Shown one piece after another: positions 51,170-63,029 of a DNA stretch of 64,000 bases; position 1 is the stretch's first letter, and each line of letters starts with the position of its first letter. Source of the DNA: Octopus vulgaris (Eukaryota); NCBI GenBank assembly GCA_951406725.2, contig OX597816.1, positions 140,058,001 to 140,122,000 of the forward strand, in the 5' to 3' direction. Under the pieces are notes generated by a model. That model saw only the letters and a program-made list of their open reading frames with translations. It ran no database searches and was not told where the DNA came from. The position numbers were made by a program, and so were the translations under genes.

Positions 51170-52775
51170 GCTAATGCCTACTCGTAAAAAGTTTTAAAGT
51201 TTGATAGCAAAAGTAAGGAATGCTAAAATAGCATACAAAAAAGTACCACGTGACTAATGGTTAATTAAGTGTTATGTTCTTGAAGTTCAAGGAGTAGAAA
51301 AATTAATTGTGCCGGTGACAGATTAAAACCTGACGTCGTCTTTTATTGTTCAAGCGATGCACCGTTCGATATTTTATACGAAATGCTTATATCTATTGGA
51401 CATGGTGGTAGAGACTATATGATGAAAGAACTCAATCGTCGTCATAAAAACATTACTCAGAATGAAATAAAGTTAATTTTAAGTGTTTGTGAACCTTGAC
51501 AACAAAAAAGAAATAAGGGAAAGAAAGGGATTGTGGTTATGCCCATGATCTTTTCGCATCTCAATTCGAGATATCAAGTAGATTTTTCAGTCTCGACCTG
51601 ATGGAAACTAAATTTATTTTAGTGTACCGAGACCTCTTAACGACATTTGAAGTTTTAAGACCTCCTCAAACAAAGAGGGCAGAAGAAGTCACCACGCAGC
51701 TGCTCGATATATTTTTATTGCTTGGTGTTTCATGTATTCTGCAGTCCGACAACGGCAGAGAATTCTGTAATAAACTTATAGACGACTTGAAAATAACTTG
51801 GCCAGAGCTTAAAATCGTACATAGTAAACCAAGGCATAGTCAGAGTCAAGGTAGCGTTGAGAGGGCCAACCAAGACATCGAAAATATGTTAACAATTTGG
51901 ATGCAAGACAACCAGTCTACTTCATGCACTCATAGGATTAAATTCATTCAATTCATCAAAAACAGATCGCTTCGTTCTGATTTAAAGAGAACGCCTTCCG
52001 AGGCTGTTTGGCTGTGCTCCTAGAGTTGAACTGTCCACAACTCTTATTCCAGGCAAAGTGTTTGAATCAGTGGAGGATGAACAACAATTTGAAAATGCCT
52101 TAACTGCTATTACTATATCCTCCGAACATGATGAAGCTGTTTCCGTCCAAGAAACATCGAATCAAACTGGGAAAGTGTCTTGTGTGATCAAAAAATTGCA
52201 AGGACAACCTATTTTACTGAAAATGTGAGCAGCCTATCAATGTATCATGCTCAGGAGTCTGGTATTCAGAAGACAAAATTGTTCAGAAGATCTGCAGGTT
52301 GTGTTTAAATGAAATAAATATGGAGAAAGAAAGACAAGCAGCTAAAGAATATCTAGAAACTCAGGCTGAGAAAATGAAATTAATGTCTGACAAATCTTAT
52401 TCTGAGGTATCTGTACGTATTCTTGTACGTGAAGTTGACAGAGGAAGAGGAGACACTAGATTTATTTTAGCTGTCATCATGGAAAAAAAAAACAGCTATG
52501 GATTTTTCCGGTTGGGAACAAGGAATGGCCGAATCAAACAGCTATACTCTCGGTCTCAGTTCAGTGTGTATTAGCAAGAATTAATATCTATTGAAGAAGT
52601 TCCGAATATTGAGACATTACTTCGGTCTGTTGCTACAGCTCAACGTACCGGCACTGGACAAGGATTCCAAAAGTGTTCGTGCAAAGCACAGTGTGATGCT
52701 AAAAAGTGTGCCTGCTTCAAAAATATAATGCTATGTAATTCTAAGTTCCAACACAGCAATCTTTTTTCTAATAGA
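51170..52775 (+). pseudogene. rve-family integrase/transposase pseudogene
   Basis: IGHGGRD..MKEL; CILQSDNGREF...KIVHSKPRHSQSQGSVERANQDIENML; VDRGRGD; C-terminal GQGFQKCSCKAQCDAKKCACFK..LCNSK; multiple stops and frameshifts. Confidence 0.9.
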
Positions 52776-53650
52776 TAATTAAAAAATAAAATAAATGTTT
52801 TGGATAAAGTTTTTGTAACATCTTCTATTTAAAATAAAAGAGTTTCTTACAAGTATCCATTTTATAACAAGCAGGTATTTTTTTCTAATTAAAACTAAAA
52901 TGAAGGTTTTGCATAAAGTTTTTGTAATATTTTTTATTGAAAAAAAAAGGCATTTTCTAAAGACTTTAACTACTTATCATCGGTTATTAAGAAAACAACT
53001 AGTTCGTCTATAAAATAACTAGTTAAATTGTAGAATGTAATAATTTTATACACTTTAACCAGGTAATTCATGAAATATCTGAATTATATACTTTAACGGT
53101 AACATATATACAGGGGTTGGACAAAATAATGGAAACACCTTAAAATTTCAAACAAATTTATTTTAATATGGGATAGGACCGCCTTTGGCAGTAATTACAG
53201 TTTGAATTCTATTAGGTATGGACTCGAACAAAGTTTGAATTGTTTCCAAAGGAATTTTTGTCCATTCTTCAGCTAAAACAGTCTTCATTTCGTTTAGTGA
53301 AGATAGTGGAGGATATCAACTCCTTACTTGTTTTTCTAAAATGCACCATAAATGTTCAATAATATTGAGATTTTGCGACTGTGGTGGCTAGATAAGATGT
53401 TCAGCTTCACTAGAATGTTCCTCGTGCCATTCAGTAACAACTTTAGCTGTGTGAATTGGTGCATTATCACCCTGAAAGGTTGCGTTTCCCTCCGGAAACA
53501 GTTCCGCAACCAGAGGATGAATTTAATCATATAAAATGCTTAAATAGTATTGACTATTAATTCTACCATAAAGGGAAACCATTGGGCCGGCGGATTTCCA
53601 AGATATAGTACCCCCAGATCATCACAGATCCTCCTCCATGTTTAACAGTT

Positions 53651-55474
53651 AGTTAGTTAGTTAGTTAGTTAATTTGGCTCAAAAGCAAATAGCAAGGCCA
53701 TGTAGGGGGACATGGAGTTAAGTACAGGGTGGTGTTCATGTAAAGAGTTCAGGCCACTTGAGGTCAAGGGAGGCTTTGAACAAAGCGGTCGTCGGCATCT
53801 TCACCATCTCGTCTGGCAGCTTGTTCCACGGATCCGCAACCCGGACGGAGAAAGCTCCTCTCCTTCGATTGAGATGAAATCGTCGCAGGTAGAGCTTTTC
53901 GGAATGACCCCGCAGCCGACGCTCTGGAGCAGGAGTGAAGAACAGCTCTTTCGAGAGGTTACACTTTCCGCTTATGATGTTGTGGGCGAGAATGAGATCA
54001 CCACGGCGGCGGCGTTTTTCAAGAGAATAAAGGTCGAGCGTCCTCGGCCTTTCTTCGTAGGACAAATTTTTGAGACCATGAACCATGCGGGTAGCCAGCT
54101 TCTGGACTCTTTCGAGATGCTGTATGTCTTTGAGGAGATAAGGAGAAGAGGCTTGAATCCCATACTCCAATATGGGTCTCACCAGCGTGACATAGAGTGG
54201 TAGGAATATGGCTGCTGTGAGCATTCCGAATGACCGTCGAATCAAGAACAGAATTCCGCGTGCTTTGTTGGCAGCATGGACACACTGGGCCGAAGGCGAA
54301 AAGGAGGAATCCACCAAGATACCTAGGTCCTTTACCTGATCGGTCCTCTCCAACAGCAGACGACCCGGCTCGAAATCAAGTTGAGTTGCAGGAGTAGAGC
54401 CGACAGGCAGATGACAGCACTTTGACACGTTCAGACACAGGTCCCAATTGTTAGACCACTTCCAAATTTGGTGGAGGCATCGACGAAGATCCTCTATATT
54501 ACCGCGAGGAGCGACCAGTTTGATATCGTCGGCAAATAGAAGGGTGTGTTGCGTGAGGTCGTCGGGCAAGTCACTTATGAAGACTAAGAACAACAAGGGC
54601 CCAAGCACTGAACCTTGAAGCACGCCACTGCTCGCACTGGAGACGTCGGACCGCGAACCATTAACTTGGACTTGGAAGGAGCGATCTGAGAGGAAGGCAC
54701 CAACCCATCGTACAATATCCAGATGGAAACTATATGCTTGAAGCTTGACAAGCAATAGGCGGTGGTTTACCGAGTCGAAAGCTTTGGCAAAGTCCAGTAA
54801 AACGATGTCAACAGCATCACTATCATCGAGGATGCGCGTCACCAATTCTTCCATTACTAGTAGGTTGGTCAAGCATGATCTCTTCGGCACGAAGCCGTGT
54901 TGGGAATCAGAGATAGAGGCTGTGTTTAGGAGGTGGAGCATCATACTTTTCTTAAGGATGGTTTCGAACATCTTGCTGATAATTGATGTAAGGGAAACCG
55001 GTCGGTAGTTAAGCGAGTCTTCGCGGCTCCCTTTCTTGAAAATTGGGCAGATTATCGCTGTTCTCCAGTCTGCAGGTATAACACCCGTCGCCAATGACAT
55101 ATTGAATAGTCGTGTTAAGGGCTCGCAGATGACCGGAGCCAACGCTTTGATAACCCGTGGGTGTATGCCGTCAGGGCCGTGACCTTTGTTGACATCGAGG
55201 CCTTGAATAACACGTTTGACTTCGTCCCGCGTGATGACCAATCGAAGCATTGGAGGTACCGATCTATCAAATGGAGGGGGTTCACGACCATCATCTTGTT
55301 TGAAAATAGTTGAAAAAGCCTCGGCAAATAATTGACTCTGTTGATAAGGGTCCTCAATCGATACGCCTGTTGAGTCTACCAACGTTGCAATCTGGTTGTT
55401 CAAGCGGGAATTCCGCTGGACATGGGCAAAGAAGGTTTTTGGATTGCTACTGGCATTTGCCGCGATTTTGTTGG
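53651..55474 (-). mobile_element. CR1-clade LINE, 5'-truncated, young
   Basis: 7-bp TSD AACAGTT (53644-53650, 55475-55481); (AACT)n tail; uninterrupted ORF. Confidence 0.95.
53736..55471 (-). CDS. CR1 ORF2 reverse transcriptase, C-terminal part (no start codon, endonuclease lost)
   Basis: GPDGIHPRVIK, NYRPVSLTS, QHGF, DFAKAFDSV, QGSVLGPLLF, LLFADDIKL, VKDLGILVD, LERVQK; frame stays open upstream of 55403 (NKIAANASSNPKTFFAHV). Confidence 0.92.
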
Positions 55475-55774
55475 AACAGTTGGAAGAAGGCAGTCTGGGT
55501 CAAATGCTTCTTTTGGCTGTCTCCACACGTATACTCGGCCGGTGGTCGGAAATAAGGTAAAGGACGACTCGCCCGAGAAAATAACATTCTTCCACTGCTC
55601 TAAGGACCAATTCTGTAAGTTTTTACTCCACTCTAAACACTTTGCAACGTTTGTTTTTGAAAGTAGTAGTTTTCTGATTGCAGCCTTCCCGTGAAATCCG
55701 GCTTTGTGCAGCTCCTAGAGAACAATTTTTGTGAAGACTGGTATATATATATATTTATATATATATATATATAT

Positions 55775-55872
<98 letters not shown>

Positions 55873-56226
55873 CTTTAATTCCAAGAGAGAGGTTGTGAAT
55901 CCAACAAACTAAGGGATAATATCTATCCAATATACTGCTGGTAGAATACCCATTTATTAATACACAAGAGTTTTTTTTTCTTTTGATAACTTTATTAATA
56001 CACAAGTGTTATTTCTCTTTTAATAACTTTTTTCTTCCTCTTTTTCTACTTTAATAACAATAATATAATACACGTAATAATAATAATAATTGATTCCTTT
56101 GCATATACATATACATATAAATATATATGTGTGTTTATGTATATTTATGTATATATATGTATATATAAAGGTGTGTATATATGTATGTATTTATATTTAT
56201 AACTTAACCTTATGAACTTTCTAAAC

Positions 56227-56348
56227 TCTCTGACGAAGCCTAGAGACACACCCAAATGCCTTAATCTTATCTACCAAATACTTCAGTTCACTGAAGGGAT
56301 GGAAGTAGAATGGGGTACTATGGCCTCTTGGCTGAAACAGCTGTTAGA
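56227..56348 (+). ncRNA. Type I hammerhead motif with a ~97-nt stem II
   Basis: TCT-CTGACGA-AGCCtAGAG...CTCTtGGCT-GAAA-CAGCTG-TT-AGA; palindromic stem III; nested hairpin CTTCAG-TTCA-CTGAAG; AATAAA and (TA)n downstream. Confidence 0.72.
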
Positions 56349-56643
56349 TACTATCCTACTTTCTATGCTCTATGTTATATATTTTAATAATTACTGGTAT
56401 TTTATATATTATATATGTAAAGCATAACATGTAATACATGCCTGTATATTGTTATCATTGTTTGTTTTTTTTAATAAATAAATAGACATAATATAATGTC
56501 TAAAAGTTGATGAATACCACCTCTTGATCCCCTCCATTTTCTTACTGCTGTATATATATATATATAAATTGTTAACAAGGAAAATAGAGAGAGCTATTTT
56601 ACTGATCTTTACGGATTTTCAAATATATTATCAGTAAAACTAC

Positions 56644-57635
56644 GAATCGGTTTGGTTTTCATCACTGTTTACAATTGCTTTCAAATTTGGTATATGGATT
56701 AAGTTTTGTATACTAATTATGAAAATGAAATTCATTTTTCTTATAAATCCATAATTAAAAAGTTATTAGCCTTTAAAATATGCAAAATTTGGATATTTTA
56801 GCCAATCGGAAGCGACTATTTTTCACATCACCGTGACGAAAAACTCTGTTTCCATAGTAACCAAAGATGCTGCGCATGCGCACAAAGAAAAGGAGATACA
56901 AGAAAGATAATCTTCTACTATGATAAAACTTGTGTTTTTCTCCGTCACAACATATGAATGAGGAAGGAAGGGGTGATGGCAAACTGGTAGTGGAAGCGTT
57001 TCAACTCTGTGTGAAGATACGGGGTTAGCTAATTTATTTTGTAAAATCCTAAAGTGTACTGCAAACTTTCGCTCTTGAATTTTTTAAACTAATAATAAAT
57101 GCCTGTTTTAAGCAATGTTTTGACTGTTATTTCTAGCAGCTCCTGTTGGTTTGTTTGTTCGTAGCTTTTAAATATTTAATTTGCCCGCGAATGTTTTAAT
57201 ATTAACTTCATTAGTGTATATTTTAAAGCTTTGACTGTTACTTCTGGCAATGTTTTGACCCCCCCCCCCGCCCGATGATGGAAGAGGTAGCGAATGCGCT
57301 GTTTTCTGATTGGCTGAAAATTCTGAAAATTTTCAAACTTTGAACACCTTAACACTTTTGAAAAAAATTTTCTGGAATACATGAATAACAAATTCGTATT
57401 CAGCGTTATAAATTACATCTGTATGATATATTAAAAAATTTTGAAAATGTAATTGTATACAGATAATTGTACAGGCGTAGGAGTGGCTGAGTGGTATGTA
57501 GCTTGCTTACGAACCACATGGTCCCGGGTTCAGTCCCACTGCGTGGCACCTTGTGCAGGTGTCTTCTACTATAGCCTCGGGCCGACCAAAGCTTTGTGAG
57601 TGGATTTGGTAGACGGAAACTGAAAGAAGCCCTTC

Positions 57636-57708
<73 letters not shown>

Positions 57709-57905
57709 CTTGTGTCTGTGTTTGTCCCCACCAACATCGCTTGACAACTGAGCAAAAGAGACCGATAGAATAAGTACTAGGGTTACAAAGAATAAGTCCT
57801 GGGGTCGATTTGCTCGACTAAAGGCGGTGCTCCAGCATGGCCACAGTCAAATGACTGAAAGAAGTAAAAGAGTAAAAAGTACAGCGACGAAAATCACAAA
57901 GATCC
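56644..57905. mobile_element. Degraded TIR element related to 47359, with a nested SINE
   Basis: TTTGGTTTTCATCACTGTTTACAATT inverted against AATTGT/ACAGCGACGAAAATCACAAAGATCC; internal inverted TTAGCCAATC / GATTGGCTGAAA. Confidence 0.6.
57474..57878 (+). mobile_element. SINE family A, full length
   Basis: GGCGTAGGAGTGGCTGAGTGG...GGGTTCAGTCCC...GACTGAAAGAAGTAAAAGAG; short GTACA duplication at the flanks. Confidence 0.93.
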
Positions 57906-58035
57906 AAACTAACAGTTTCCGTTTTATACATGTATCTAATAGCAAGTACCCGAGATTCATAAAACAAACCCCAAGGTTAAAACCCAAATGAAAGTAATAT
58001 ATGTATGTGGGGGGGGGGTGATTTTATGTATTATA

Positions 58036-58385
58036 TCAGGTCACATTTCGAGCTATTGGCAACATGCAACCTAATACAACCTGACACATGGTCGGGATTT
58101 CGGTGACTAAACCGACACACCAACCAAGCCACCTCGTTTAGGATAATGGTTTTCGTTGGACAGCCTGCAGGACGAAAAACAAAACACGCGAAAGGGTGGA
58201 AGAACTCAGCAAAGTCAACGCTCATCCAACAGCTGAGCGTGAGAGAACCCCTAGTCTTTGCTTAGATCTCTCTCTAGAAGTAAATTCCGAAATACAAGCC
58301 GCCTCATTGCGAAGCCGGGAATCTTGCACTTGCTTGTTCTCGGACGACTTGGTTGTGTAGGTGAGAGTTTTAGCCGTGTTCTAAA
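58036..58385 (+). mobile_element. Structured repeat, diverged relative of 58636-59186
   Basis: TCAGGTCAC.TTTCGAG...ACCTG...CATGGTCGGG...TCGG.GACTAAACCG...GAAAAACAAAAC shared. Confidence 0.75.
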
Positions 58386-58496
58386 AGCTGTTATTGACTT
58401 TAAATTTCAGCACAAATATTACTGACAGCCATTATCATGAACATTTAGAACAATTCATCATCGATGGTCATACTCGCCAACGAATTGATAGCCACC

Positions 58497-58527
<31 letters not shown>

Positions 58528-58635
58528 TGTATGTATGTATGTATGCATGTATGTATGTATGTATGTATGTATATATATGTATATATATATGTATGTATAT
58601 ATATATATATGTATGTATATATAAATGTATGTATG

Positions 58636-59186
58636 TCAGGTCACTTTCGAGTGCTACTGGTAACATGTAACCCAGTACTACCTGTTGCATGGTCGGGCGT
58701 CGGCGACTAAACCGGCAACCCCACCAAGCTCGCTTGGTGAGGATGGTGTTTATTGGTCACCCTGCGGGATGAAAAACAAAACCCGTCAAAGGGCGGATGA
58801 ACTCTTGAGAGTCAACGGCCATCCAATAAATGTCTTAAAGCTGTATCATGCGCGGGGACATAGAAATAATCGGACTGAATACCCGATCGCGCAGTTAAAC
58901 CATTGGGAGTGAAGGACTCCTAGCCTTTGTCAGGGCATCCTTCTAGGATAAGGCAACTCAGGTAACTGGGATAACTCCGACATAAAACCTGCGGCTCAGT
59001 GGTTACCGATGATGTTGATTTGTTCTTCTTTTCGGATTATGGCTGCTGTTGCTTAGTGAGTGGGATTGACTCAGTGCACAGCCTTTCCTCACTTAAAAAA
59101 ATATCTTCTTGCACAGGCATTGCACGATAACAACATTGATTAAGCTTCGTGCAATAGCCATACTCGATAACGAGGGGGCAGCCACC
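58636..59186 (+). mobile_element. Hairpin-rich non-coding repeat in (GTAT)n; possible LINE 5' UTR or non-autonomous derivative
   Basis: Stacked hairpins (CACT-TTCG-AGTG, CACCAAGC-TC-GCTTGGTG, TTTATTGG/CCAATAAA); three homologues in the window. Confidence 0.7.
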
Positions 59187-59257
59187 ATGTATGTATGTAT
59201 GTATGTATGTATGTATGTATGTATGTATGTATGTATTTATATATGTATGTATGTTTG

Positions 59258-59665
59258 TCATTATTCAGTTTTATTTCAAGCTTTCTTGCCAATAGAGAAA
59301 GAACCGGTTTCTAACCTGGATCCAAAGATTTACAGTTCTAGTCTTCGAATCAGCCTTTTCCTTCATGGCTTTGAGAAGCCTGATTTCTCAAGATTGGCAA
59401 TTAGGAAGTGTGTTACATATCCCAAGTGCCTCAATAATTACAGGTATAAACCTGAACCTCTAATTTGAGTAGAGTAACTGTAGGTTTCTCAATAGTTGTG
59501 CGTCTCTTTTTCTTCGCTGAGTTTTAGCTTTTTTATTGACATCCGCTGGGCAGTTGATTTCTACTATCATACACACTTTCTCTCCTCTTTCCCAAATCAC
59601 CGTCAGGTATATTAAGTTTATATTTTATTGAGGTTTTCACTGGGATATCCCACCTGTACTCGTAT
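59258..59665 (-). mobile_element. RLE (R4/Dong-like) LINE 3' fragment in (TACA)n
   Basis: WDIPVKTSIK..N.PD...KEEKVCMIVEINCPADVN...LLRNLQLLY...FIPVIIEALG (PD-D/E RLE-like); same 3' end as 36377. Confidence 0.78.
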
Positions 59666-59670
59666 GTATG

Positions 59671-60108
59671 TCATTATTCAGTATATTTCAAGATTTCTTG
59701 CCAACAGAGAAAGAACCAGTTTCTAACCTAGATCCAAAGATCCTTCATTGGAATTTCAACATCAACGACAGGGTATTTTTGTTTGTATGTATGTATGTAT
59801 GTATGTATGTATGTATGTATGTATGTATGTATGTATGTATGTATGTATGTATGTATGTATGTATGTGCAGATTTGTATGTTTTATGTATGTATTCCCATG
59901 CATATAGTTGCATATCTAGACATGCTCATATATATTTAAATGATAAACTTCTGGAAAGTTTCACAGATTTTTACAGTTCCAGTGATGGATTGGACCTGTA
60001 GCCTTCGAATTAGCTTTCTCCTTTCTGGTTTTGAGAAGCTTACTTTCTCAAGATTGGTATTTAGGCAATGTATTACATATCCCAGGACCCCAATAATAAC
60101 TTGTAATC
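59671..60108 (-). mobile_element. RLE (R4/Dong-like) LINE 3' end in (TACA)n
   Basis: [54 protein letters not shown] plus the shared 3' UTR. Confidence 0.8.
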
Positions 60109-60521
60109 TGTATGTATGTATGTATGTATGTATGTATGTATGTATGTATGTATGTATGTATGTATGTATGTATGTATGTATGTATATACGTATATATGTA
60201 TGTATGTACGTATGTATGGATGCATGTATGCATGTATTTATACACGCGAGCGCAATCATTCAAACATACACACTGTGACATACCACACCAAGGTCGACAA
60301 CTTGAAACTCATTGTACTGGTAAGGAAAGTTTTCATTTTCCAGTAAATATAATGAACTCCACATTTTTCCTCTTAAGTATTCATTTCTTCTTGTTCATGC
60401 ATTCTTTGTGCCAAGGCATATATATAATACACACTCACACAGAAACACTCTTAAACGTGCGTGAGAGCGCACACACATACACAGACATACATGTGCAAAT
60501 ATATACATATGTGTGTGTGTG

Positions 60522-60785
<264 letters not shown>

Positions 60786-60862
60786 TTGAGTTGTGGGGTA
60801 TCGCACGAGTGGGATTATATAAGAAAAAAGGTTTGAAAATGCAATTTAAACGATGTTTATTT

Positions 60863-60903
60863 ACTTAACCGGTTTCACTCTTTGGTAAAAGATTGTCAAA
60901 AGT
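60863..60903 (-). ncRNA. Minimal type I hammerhead variant (U3-A8 core)
   Basis: Minus strand ACTT-TTGACAA-TCTTT-TACC-AAAGA-GT-GAAA-CCGG-TT-AAGT, followed directly by AATAAA. Confidence 0.6.
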
Positions 60904-61487
60904 TACATTTAAGGAAACATTGAATAATATGGGTTCAAAAAAGTTTTTTACATAATTGTCACATTGAATATTATGCATTCAAAAAAGTTTTTACATAATT
61001 GTCACATTGGATATTATGAATTCAAAAATGTTTTTTTATACATAATTGTCACATTACATGTATAAATATAGTGTTTGGTAACAGAGAAGTTCAATAGTGT
61101 GATGAGAATATTTGGGAAAATTTGGCAGAAAAGGATAAAACAAATATATTATTGGGAATTGGTTGCGTTAATTATTGGTTGTCGCAAATTGTCACATTAC
61201 ATGTATATATATACAATCTTTGGTATATATATACAGCCTTTTGACAGCAAAAATTAAAATGGATTTTTTATACATCTCAGAATATTTTAAGTACAAGGCG
61301 AGAATATGTTTTTACTGACCTGTCGGTATTAGCAGAAAGGCTGAACTGAGAGAACAGAGGAAGTAGCCAATGTGGTGTATACTTCCCCTTTATGCATGAA
61401 TGATTTTGGGGTTATCAGGAGGTTAGTATGCGGATGTGAATAGATGTGTCCGTGCCTGCTGGTCAGACAGCGTCTGTTTGTCACACA

Positions 61488-61528
<41 letters not shown>

Positions 61529-61710
61529 CACACACACACACACACACATAGTAAACAAACACACACCACATACAAACAACACACACACACACACAGAACA
61601 CACACACCCACACACAACGCACCCACATATATACACATATACACACAGCACACAAATATAATATGTTTCTATATATAACATACACAGATATATAACACAC
61701 ATACACACAC

Positions 61711-61750
<40 letters not shown>

Positions 61751-62535
61751 TACATACATAATATAAATATCACACAAATACACCTAGCATATATATACAC
61801 ACATACAATACACACATACAGCATGTAAGTAATATACATACACAATATATGCATGCAATATACATACGCAGTACATACATATAATATATATATATAGACA
61901 ATGCATATACATATATACACGTATACATATAAATAGTGTTTACATACACATACATAGATGTACCACATATACACACAATACACATACATACAACGCATAC
62001 ACATACACGTACGCATACATATAATAAATATATACACACACACACATAACATACATACACAATGTATACATATATATACACGCAATGCACATACATGTAT
62101 TCATGCATATATAGCACACCTACAATATACATATATACAATGCACACATACACACACATATATACACTTAATTGTACACATACATATACAATACACATAC
62201 ATACAATATACATATACACAATGCGCATGCAAATAATGTACATGTTTATACACACATAAACATGCAAATAAATATACACACACACACATACACACACACA
62301 CATATATACACATATATATATATATATATACACACATACATACATACATACATGCACATACATATATTTTTTCACACACATACACATATATATATATATA
62401 TATAAAAAATTCACCCCCCCCCACACACAAATTACAAACCTATAGCGTACACACTCAAATATATCTCTACATGCCGCACACACACACAAAACAAAGTACT
62501 AACATATACACACATACCATGCATATACACACACA

Positions 62536-62570
<35 letters not shown>

Positions 62571-62697
62571 AAAACAAATACACATGTAAATACATACATA
62601 CGTACACAATGCTCACACACACACACACACACACATACACACACACCCGCACACAGTGCACACACACACACATATATACACACGTGCACACACACAT

Positions 62698-62747
<50 letters not shown>

Positions 62748-62799
62748 CACACACATACACACACATATATATACACCCGCGCACACACACACACAACGT

Positions 62800-62831
<32 letters not shown>

Positions 62832-63029
62832 CACACACACACAACACTCACACACATACATCACCTATATATATATAATGCATGCGTGTGCATGCCACGT
62901 ATGTGTGCGGTCAATGCCCGCTAGTGTGTCCTATGCGTGCCGATGCGCGCATGTGCCCGCCCGCACGATATGCTGTGAGCGTGCGCGCGTCCCTGTGTGC
63001 TTGCTCTGCATGTGTTTCCAGGGGGTATG

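Larger units (their letters stand above)
50362..53104 (+). mobile_element. Ginger2-type (KRBA2/SCAND3-like integrase) DNA transposon, full length, decayed
   Basis: TIRs TGTTACC.TTAAAGTATATAATTCAG / CTGAATTATATACTTTAACGGTAACA; flanks TTTA/TATA (imperfect 4-bp TSD); integrase motifs inside. Confidence 0.9.
53111..55742 (-). mobile_element. Tc1-family transposon, 5'-truncated and split by a CR1 LINE
   Basis: TIR TA|CAGGGGTTGGACAAAATAATGGAAACAC; WKNVIFSGESSF...RVYVWRQPKEAFDPDCLLPTV|KHGGGSVMIWG...FQGDNAPIHTAK...PPQSQNLNIIEHLW...AKGGPIPY*. Confidence 0.93.

Noticed and set aside
55422-55694. Plus-strand ORF suggesting a 5' inversion of the CR1
   Set aside because: It is the antisense of the interrupted Tc1 transposase.
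60925-61060. Three ~46-bp tandem units (ACATAATTGTCACATTG...), superficially array-like
   Set aside because: Degenerate minisatellite without unique spacers in eukaryotic DNA; not CRISPR.
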